A stretch of 64,000 bases of DNA from Ignavibacteriota bacterium (GTDB lineage Bacteria > Bacteroidota > Ignavibacteria > Palsa-1295). A program made the position numbers and the translations under genes. Below, one piece after another: positions 57,753 through 64,000 of this stretch (position 1 is the first letter of the stretch; each line of letters starts with the position of its first letter). The notes beneath the pieces were generated by a model. It did no database searches and had not been told where the DNA came from. It saw nothing but the letters and a program-made list of their open reading frames with translations. The stretch covers positions 960,001-1,024,000 of the forward strand of contig CAWBEI010000002.1 of assembly GCA_963787835.1 (NCBI GenBank), in the 5' to 3' direction.

Positions 57753-58886
57753 ATGAGTGCTGACATTTACCTTGGCATTATGTCGGGCACGAGTCTCGAT
57801 GGGATTGATGTCGCAGCATGCCGATTTTCTGGAAGGCAGATCGAACGCATTGCCTTTCATTCGGTCGAGTGGCCGCCTGAGCTTCGCGACCAGCTTATGG
57901 AATTTGCAACTGCGGAACAGGTAAATATCAACGACCTGGTTCGATCCCATTTCAAGCTTGCGCAGGAATATGCTTCTGCAATTCATGCAACATTATTGGT
58001 CTCCAACATTCCGGCTTCGATGATCCGGGCAATTGGTTTGCATGGGCAAACTGTTCGACATCTTCCCACGGGCCCAATTCCATCGACATTTCAACTTGGG
58101 TCGGGTGCAGCACTGGCGGCGATCACGAAGATCGATGTTGTAAGCGATTTCCGCGCAGCGGATATTGCGCTCGGCGGACAAGGCGCGCCGCTTATGCCTA
58201 TGTTCGATCATTATTTTCTCGTCAGCAATTCCGTTGACCGCCTTATAGTGAATATCGGCGGAATTGCGAATGTGACATGGCTACCCAAACATGCAAAACC
58301 TGGTGAGGTAATCGCCTTCGATTCCGGGCCTGGTAATATGTTGCTCGATGCCACGACTCGAAGGTATTTCGGAAAGCCGTTCGATGCGAATGGCAACATT
58401 GCTCGTTCCGGAAGCATTGATACCGATCTGCTCGAAGAATTTCTGTCACATCCTTATTTTGCAGTTCCTCCGCCAAAATCGACCGGTCGCGAACTTTTTT
58501 CTGAACGTTTTTTGGAAAACCTTAACGAAAAGATCGTGAAAGGAAAACTTGCTCCGGAAGATGCGCTTACAACATTGACAGAATTAACAGCCCGCTCGAT
58601 CCTGAAATCATTCGATGTCCTTCCGTTAAGTGCAGGCCACATTGAAATTATTGTGAGCGGAGGCGGAGCATTGAATGAGTATCTCCTCGATCGTCTGAGA
58701 ATCAATGCTCCTGAAAGTGCCAGCATTCTCACGTCTGATGCTGTTGGAATTCCGGAAAAGGCAAAAGAAGCAATCGCCTTTGCATTCTTCGCTCGTGCAT
58801 TTGTTGAATCGATTTCGATCCATCTTCCTGTAACGACCGGCGCTTCACATCCAACGGTCTTAGGCAGCTTAAGCAAAGGAAAATAA
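57753..58886 (+). CDS. anmK: anhydro-N-acetylmuramic acid kinase
   Basis: GIMSGTSLDGID, HGQTVRH, DFRAADIALGGQGAPL, NIGGIAN, FDSGPGN, PPKSTGRE. Confidence 0.96.
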   Translation: MSADIYLGIMSGTSLDGIDVAACRFSGRQIERIAFHSVEWPPELRDQLMEFATAEQVNINDLVRSHFKLAQEYASAIHATLLVSNIPASMIRAIGLHGQTVRHLPTGPIPSTFQLGSGAALAAITKIDVVSDFRAADIALGGQGAPLMPMFDHYFLVSNSVDRLIVNIGGIANVTWLPKHAKPGEVIAFDSGPGNMLLDATTRRYFGKPFDANGNIARSGSIDTDLLEEFLSHPYFAVPPPKSTGRELFSERFLENLNEKIVKGKLAPEDALTTLTELTARSILKSFDVLPLSAGHIEIIVSGGGALNEYLLDRLRINAPESASILTSDAVGIPEKAKEAIAFAFFARAFVESISIHLPVTTGASHPTVLGSLSKGK

Positions 58887-58958
58887 GTTATTTAGAGAAT
58901 TCAAAGAAATTAATTTTTGTAATTCAAAAAAATTCTTTCGTGATTTTTTTAAAAACAC

Positions 58959-59032
58959 TTGCTTTCGCATCCGAGATGTATTATACTGTGATAGAAGAGA
59001 ATTGCAATTTGATGTTCAAAGTTTGTGAATAA
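58959..59032 (+). promoter_or_regulatory. dnaA promoter (TTGCTT-N17-TATACT) with downstream DnaA box
   Basis: -35 at 58959-58964, -10 at 58982-58987; TGTGAATAA (reverse complement TTATTCACA) at 59024-59032. Confidence 0.65.
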
Positions 59033-59168
59033 GTCGGCATTGCTTGATGGGAAGCGTCGTTCGTGAACCGCGCAAAAACAAGAGCCGATTTATCGTAAAA
59101 AAATGAAACTTTTGGAAGGCATTTCTTAGCACAATTAAATCGTACTGTAACCCCCAAAAGACTCGAAC

Positions 59169-60989
59169 GTGACTCGCTCCGGCGAGTGTTTCTTTCTTGC
59201 ATCATTTATGACGAGAACGCCGTTCTCTTATGACACTCGGTCCCTATCTGATTTCAATCAGCAATCGAAGGGCCTAGCATCGACTACGATGCGAACGTCA
59301 ACAACGATGCAAGCATCGACTACGATGCGCTCAACTATGAATTCTGATATTGTTTCTATGTTTCCGGCTGACGAACATGCCGAAGTTCTAATCGACTTGC
59401 CTAATACTATCGTGACCACCCTGGATGAACCCGGCACTGCGGACACGAACGCTTCGACGAGCGAAGATGAGCGCGCGCACCTTAGAAACGCGGCCGAGCG
59501 GATCTGGCGCCGATGCCTCGATACCATTCGGCCTCAGCTTTCGGCTCAAACCATGCGGACATGGTTCGAGCCGCTTGAAGCGACCGCGCTCGAAGGTACA
59601 GAAATAACACTCCGCGCACCCAGCAGTTTTTTCTGCGAATGGATCGGCGAACATTATCAGGATATTCTCGAGCAATCGTTGCGCGATGTGCTTGGACCAC
59701 AAGCTAAGTTTCGTTTCGATACCGCAAGCGAAGTGGAGTCGGCAAACATAAAGTTACAGGCAACAGTGGATACTGCCCCAACGCTAGCAGCCCGTCCGGT
59801 TATCGAGCAACCGCATCCCGAGCAACCACGGCAACATCCGAATTCCGGTGGTTTCGGTACCCCAATTGCAAATAATACTTTTTCACAGCCCGCGCAGCGA
59901 CCCGGTTTTCCTACTGCGCCCACCAATGGACAACCGGCGGCAAAGCGGCCAGCGATCGAACCCAATCTCAATCCTCGATATACGTTCGATACATTCATCC
60001 GAGGAGAATCCAATAAACTGGCTTACGCGGCAGCCATGGCGGTTGCTAATAATCCTGGAGGAACTCGGTACAATCCGCTGGTGATCTATGGCACGGTCGG
60101 TCTGGGAAAAACACATCTGATTCAAGCGGTCGGCAACGCGGCTATTCAGAAATTTCCTTCCGCGAGAGTGCTTTATACCTCGAGCGACAAGTTTACCGTG
60201 GAATTCGTCGATTCCATTCAGAATAATCGTTCCAACGAGTTTCAGGCTCTCTACCGCTCCGTTGATCTTCTCATCGTCGATGACGTACAATTTTTCGCCG
60301 GTAAGGAAAGAACGCAGGATATTTTCTTCCACACGTTCAACGCACTGCGCGAGCTGGGAAAACAGATCATCCTTACCTGCGACCGTCCGCCTAAAGAACT
60401 GAAGGACATCGACGACCGCCTGCTTAACCGCCTCCAATGGGGACTTACCGCGGACATCGCTGCCCCCGATCTTGAAACACGCATTGCTATCTTGCGCCAT
60501 AAAGCCATTGCTGATGGCATCGAGCTTTCCGGCGAAGTGATCGAGTATCTTGCAACCAATATCACTGCGAATATCCGTGAACTTGAAGGATGCCTGATCT
60601 CGCTGCTTGCTATCTCTTCACTCGAAGGCCGGGAGCCTACGCTCGAACTCGCACGCGAGGTATTACGCAAGATCGCAAAACGCTCCGCGCCAATTCTTTC
60701 CATCGAAAGTATTCAGCGGCTCGTCTCGCGCAGGTTTGGTATTGAAGAAGAAGCTTTACGCGCAAAAACGCGACGGCAAGAAGTAGTCATCGCGCGGCAA
60801 GTTGCCATGTTCCTATGCAAGGAGCTGACGAACCACTCGCTGAAATCCATTGGTTTACATTTCGGCGGACGCGATCACTCGACCGTCATCTATGCCGTCC
60901 AGACGATTCAGGAAGACATGAAGCGCGACCCCACCATCGAGAAAAAGATCGAAGAACTTCGCCGGCAACTGGAAATGATGCAGGGGTGA
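59169..60989 (+). CDS. dnaA: chromosomal replication initiator (start uncertain; several in-frame ATGs up to ~59358)
   Basis: LNPRYTFDTFI, YNPLVIYGTVGLGKTHL, DDVQF, NIRELEG, FGGRDHSTV. Confidence 0.97.
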   Translation: MTRSGECFFLASFMTRTPFSYDTRSLSDFNQQSKGLASTTMRTSTTMQASTTMRSTMNSDIVSMFPADEHAEVLIDLPNTIVTTLDEPGTADTNASTSEDERAHLRNAAERIWRRCLDTIRPQLSAQTMRTWFEPLEATALEGTEITLRAPSSFFCEWIGEHYQDILEQSLRDVLGPQAKFRFDTASEVESANIKLQATVDTAPTLAARPVIEQPHPEQPRQHPNSGGFGTPIANNTFSQPAQRPGFPTAPTNGQPAAKRPAIEPNLNPRYTFDTFIRGESNKLAYAAAMAVANNPGGTRYNPLVIYGTVGLGKTHLIQAVGNAAIQKFPSARVLYTSSDKFTVEFVDSIQNNRSNEFQALYRSVDLLIVDDVQFFAGKERTQDIFFHTFNALRELGKQIILTCDRPPKELKDIDDRLLNRLQWGLTADIAAPDLETRIAILRHKAIADGIELSGEVIEYLATNITANIRELEGCLISLLAISSLEGREPTLELAREVLRKIAKRSAPILSIESIQRLVSRRFGIEEEALRAKTRRQEVVIARQVAMFLCKELTNHSLKSIGLHFGGRDHSTVIYAVQTIQEDMKRDPTIEKKIEELRRQLEMMQG

Positions 60990-60992
60990 GTG

Positions 60993-62963
60993 CTACCGCC
61001 GCACAATAACCCGCTCACTAAAAACCCCCGCAGCCGATCGTATTCGAAGTGTGTACATGCCGTCCGACTGTGGAAGAGCAAGTTGAGCGGGTACATTTGC
61101 ATGAAGTGTCACTGCTGTTTGAGATCGCTCAGTGCCGAGCATGTCATAGATTTCAACAGTTGCGTCACCGAGATCTAAAGATGACGAAAGAAGAACTTCG
61201 CCACTGCTTGGATTCGGGTGAATGCTAAGTGTAACGTGCCCTGTCGTCATAAGCTCTGAAATAAGCTGTGTGCCGCATCCTTGCACAGGAGTGATCGTGC
61301 TTGAGACGGGAGGCGGAACCTGGTATTTGCAGCCTGCGGCCTGGATCTGGACCGAATCGAACGTTACCACGGGCTTGGATGAGGAATCCGAAAACACATT
61401 GAACCGTGCATATCCGGCAATGACACCGGATCGGACATTCGTAAGGTGCAGCATGGACCGTCCCTGCCATTCTTCGCCGGCAATATCAATTTTCGCTCCC
61501 AACAGATCGACGGAACTATCATAAACCACATCGCCCGTGTAATGCATCACAACATCGACGTTCTCCGCCCTAAGCAGACCGTTAAACTGGATGGGTACGC
61601 TAACCGTAGCGCCGATCGTATCCGTTTTTTGATCCGCAGTTGACATGGTTAATGGATTATTGCCACCGATACTGTTCCCGCCAAGCGCAACGGTATCGGT
61701 GGTTCCATCTCCCAGCGTAAGGATCAGCATAGACTGATGCGCTCCAAGATCCGCTGGCTCAAAAAGGACTGTAATGGAACCGGCTCCGATCGAAATAAGC
61801 CGATAGCTCAACGAATCGCCGCCTACGATCTGAGCGCTCGCAACAAATGGCGGAACACAACCGAAACTCTGAGTAATGATAGTTCCGGTCGCCGAATCAC
61901 CGCAGGCAAGGGTATCGGTCGAGAACAGCGAGTGTGTCGAAAGTGTAAGAGTGCCTAGCCCGGGTTGCAGTGTTACGCTATCGCCGCCGCTATTATTGGT
62001 TCGCCAAATATTCCCAAGCGTATCTGCGGCTATGATGATATTGTCGTTAATGGCAGAGATAAGCCGGGTATCCCAGGTCACAGATGGGCCGCCGATCGAT
62101 TTCCATGTAAGGCCTTTATCGAGCGAACGAAAGATGCCGTTGGCGACCGTTGGGCAATAGACAGATTGCTTGCCTGCGGCAACCGATCCCGAAAAATAGG
62201 GTTCAAGATTCTGTGCTACGACCAGCCAACTATTGCCAAGATCCGTTGTAAGATAGATCTTAGAAAATACATCGGTCGGTTTGGCCGCGTCTTCGTGACT
62301 GACATAGATGCGATTGGGATCGCAGGAATCAGGAGCGAAAGAATAAGAATCCCAATCGATACTTGAGACACCATACGACCAAGTTACACCCTCATCGTTG
62401 GTCCATGTCAGAGCCCCTCCAGCTTTACTTCCCTCATAAAAAAAGAGTGTTCCCTTAGCGGGTGATGATTCCCAGGAACGGCGAACGCAAAATCCTTGCC
62501 CAGAAGCAGCGTGGTGTATCCACGTAATACCGCCATCGGTGCTGACGGCAAGCGTACCGGAGCCGAAGATCTCCGCGAGACCTATCGTGAGCGAATCTTT
62601 ACCAAAGCATCCAGAATATGCTCCAGACTCGAAGCCAAGTGATCTGAGCGAATCCCCTCCGTTCGACGTAAGATACGTTTCGGAAACAGATGAGATAATG
62701 CCGTGCAGCGAATCGATAAAATCCACATCATGCACCATGCCAATGTTATTATTGACCTCAGTCCACGTAAGCCCAGTATCGAGCGACTTATATAGTTTAT
62801 CCGCCGCGATCCACACCACCCCATCTCGGAAGCACATAGCATTGCCCAGGTTCTGGCTCGGAATTAAATTAGGCGCGACGATCCTCCATTGCGCATGGAT
62901 ATCCCCACTCACCGCCATCAGGAGCGTCAAAATAATGAATAAGGATTTTCGTACCGTCATCAA
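60993..62963 (-). CDS. secreted BNR beta-propeller protein with Ig/cohesin-like domain and T9SS CTD
   Basis: Signal peptide; SLDTGLTW, STDGGITW, TTDLGNSW; IHPNPSSG...IYDMLG...GMYTLRI; same family as 11148-14594. Confidence 0.82.
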   Translation of the reverse strand: MMTVRKSLFIILTLLMAVSGDIHAQWRIVAPNLIPSQNLGNAMCFRDGVVWIAADKLYKSLDTGLTWTEVNNNIGMVHDVDFIDSLHGIISSVSETYLTSNGGDSLRSLGFESGAYSGCFGKDSLTIGLAEIFGSGTLAVSTDGGITWIHHAASGQGFCVRRSWESSPAKGTLFFYEGSKAGGALTWTNDEGVTWSYGVSSIDWDSYSFAPDSCDPNRIYVSHEDAAKPTDVFSKIYLTTDLGNSWLVVAQNLEPYFSGSVAAGKQSVYCPTVANGIFRSLDKGLTWKSIGGPSVTWDTRLISAINDNIIIAADTLGNIWRTNNSGGDSVTLQPGLGTLTLSTHSLFSTDTLACGDSATGTIITQSFGCVPPFVASAQIVGGDSLSYRLISIGAGSITVLFEPADLGAHQSMLILTLGDGTTDTVALGGNSIGGNNPLTMSTADQKTDTIGATVSVPIQFNGLLRAENVDVVMHYTGDVVYDSSVDLLGAKIDIAGEEWQGRSMLHLTNVRSGVIAGYARFNVFSDSSSKPVVTFDSVQIQAAGCKYQVPPPVSSTITPVQGCGTQLISELMTTGHVTLSIHPNPSSGEVLLSSSLDLGDATVEIYDMLGTERSQTAVTLHANVPAQLALPQSDGMYTLRIRSAAGVFSERVIVRR

Positions 62964-62989
62964 ATGTTAGTTTGTGCAACCATTGATCT

Positions 62990-63400
62990 AGACTATACTT
63001 CAAAAACACGGTTTAGCCGGATTCATTACTATAAATTATCACTTCAGCCTTTCAGGACTGCTTACTATTGAATTATTCGCATGAAGTGGATAATATCTTT
63101 CAACGCTCTTTGGAATTTCACACCAAAAATTCTTTTATCGTGTGGTTACATGTGAGAAGTCCTGCCAGGGATGGTATTATGTGTGAGGAATATCGTGAGA
63201 TGTTATGCTAACATCTGTTGCCCACTTCTTCTCAAACATCGGGATAAGATGTGAATTGCATTTTTATCCTTCTCTATCACTATTCTTAAGAGAGGCGACC
63301 ATAATTCTTAACATTTCAACATCCTTTATATTAATTACATAAGTATTTAAATCTCTTTAAAAGATCTCTTTTAAAGAGAAAGGTGAAGAAGTGATTAACG
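62990..63400. other. candidate replication origin (oriC)
   Basis: AT-rich non-coding region 2 kb past dnaA; DnaA-box-like TTATTCGCA (63073-63081) and AGTGGATAA (63085-63093), several weaker boxes, AT-rich tract ~63325-63375. Confidence 0.45.
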
Positions 63401-63506
63401 AAGGAATGCTCCAAGGTACGGAGAATTACCCTATTTATGGAGAAGCATTTTATCTCGAACGGTGTTAAAGCCCGTTCTTGGCACGTAACATAAAGCACAC
63501 CCACAC

Positions 63507-64000
63507 TTGAACATCGCAATTATTGGAACGGGATACGTCGGCTTAGTAACCGGCGCTGGTTTTGCCGAAACAGGCAATCAGGTTCTCTGCATGGATATCA
63601 TCCCGGAAAAGATCGAAAATCTCCGCAAAGGTATCATCCCGATCTTCGAACCAGGCCTGGAGGAGATCGTACGGTTCAATGCCGCTGAAGGGCGCTTGCG
63701 CTTCACGCTTGATCTGGCAGAAGCAGTGAACAGCTCGGAAGTGATCTTTCTGGCGCTTCCTACGCCGCCCGGAGCAGATGGTTCGGCAGATCTTTCCATG
63801 GTGCTCGATACCGCGAAGGAGATCGCACTTATTATCACCGAGCCAAAGGTCGTCGTTAATAAATCGACTGTACCGGTTGGTACGGCCGATCGTGTAAGGG
63901 CGATCTTTGAATCGACGACAGATGTTCCTGTTCAAGTCGTCTCCAATCCAGAATTTCTGAAAGAAGGCGCTGCGGTTCAGGATTTCATGAAGCCGGACCG
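63507..64000 (+). CDS. ugd: UDP-glucose/GDP-mannose dehydrogenase family protein (5' part)
   Basis: Manual translation from TTG: MNIAIIGTGYVGLVTG...PIFEPGL...LPTP...NKSTVPVGT...SNPEFLKEG. Confidence 0.93.
   Translation, partial: MNIAIIGTGYVGLVTGAGFAETGNQVLCMDIIPEKIENLRKGIIPIFEPGLEEIVRFNAAEGRLRFTLDLAEAVNSSEVIFLALPTPPGADGSADLSMVLDTAKEIALIITEPKVVVNKSTVPVGTADRVRAIFESTTDVPVQVVSNPEFLKEGAAVQDFMKPD

Noticed and set aside
63543-63935. Minus-strand ORFs at the right edge
   Set aside because: Antisense to the UDP-glucose dehydrogenase starting at 63507.

Overview
Origin-proximal region of a bacterium of the Bacteroidota/Ignavibacteria/Kapabacteria (FCB) lineage. The lineage is inferred from many T9SS-type C-terminal sorting domains and TAnnTTTG promoter elements. 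Core genes: lysC (partial), birA, coaX, priA, uppP, murQ, mnmG, mnmE, yidD, rnpA, rpmH, yidC, anmK, dnaA and ugd (partial), with two parS sites and a candidate oriC. Between them lie secreted or lipoprotein genes, a MacAB-type ABC exporter, an MNT-HEPN pair, a TIR-TPR gene, an ECF sigma/anti-sigma pair and a four-gene surface-fibre operon. The most unusual signals are non-coding. (1) A promoter-driven, apparently structured non-coding element occurs three times, twice as part of a collinear ~550 bp unit with a large palindrome. (2) Two genes each carry a near-identical REPIN plus ECF-type promoter module, giving a cassette-like array. (3) REP-like palindromes are inserted in-frame in at least four protein genes, including mnmE. 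(4) Two paralogous lipoproteins join a putative clan-CD protease domain to a FISUMP domain; one has an in-frame TGA. No CRISPR array, rRNA, tRNA, transposase or reverse transcriptase was seen. All calls were made by eye, without database searches.
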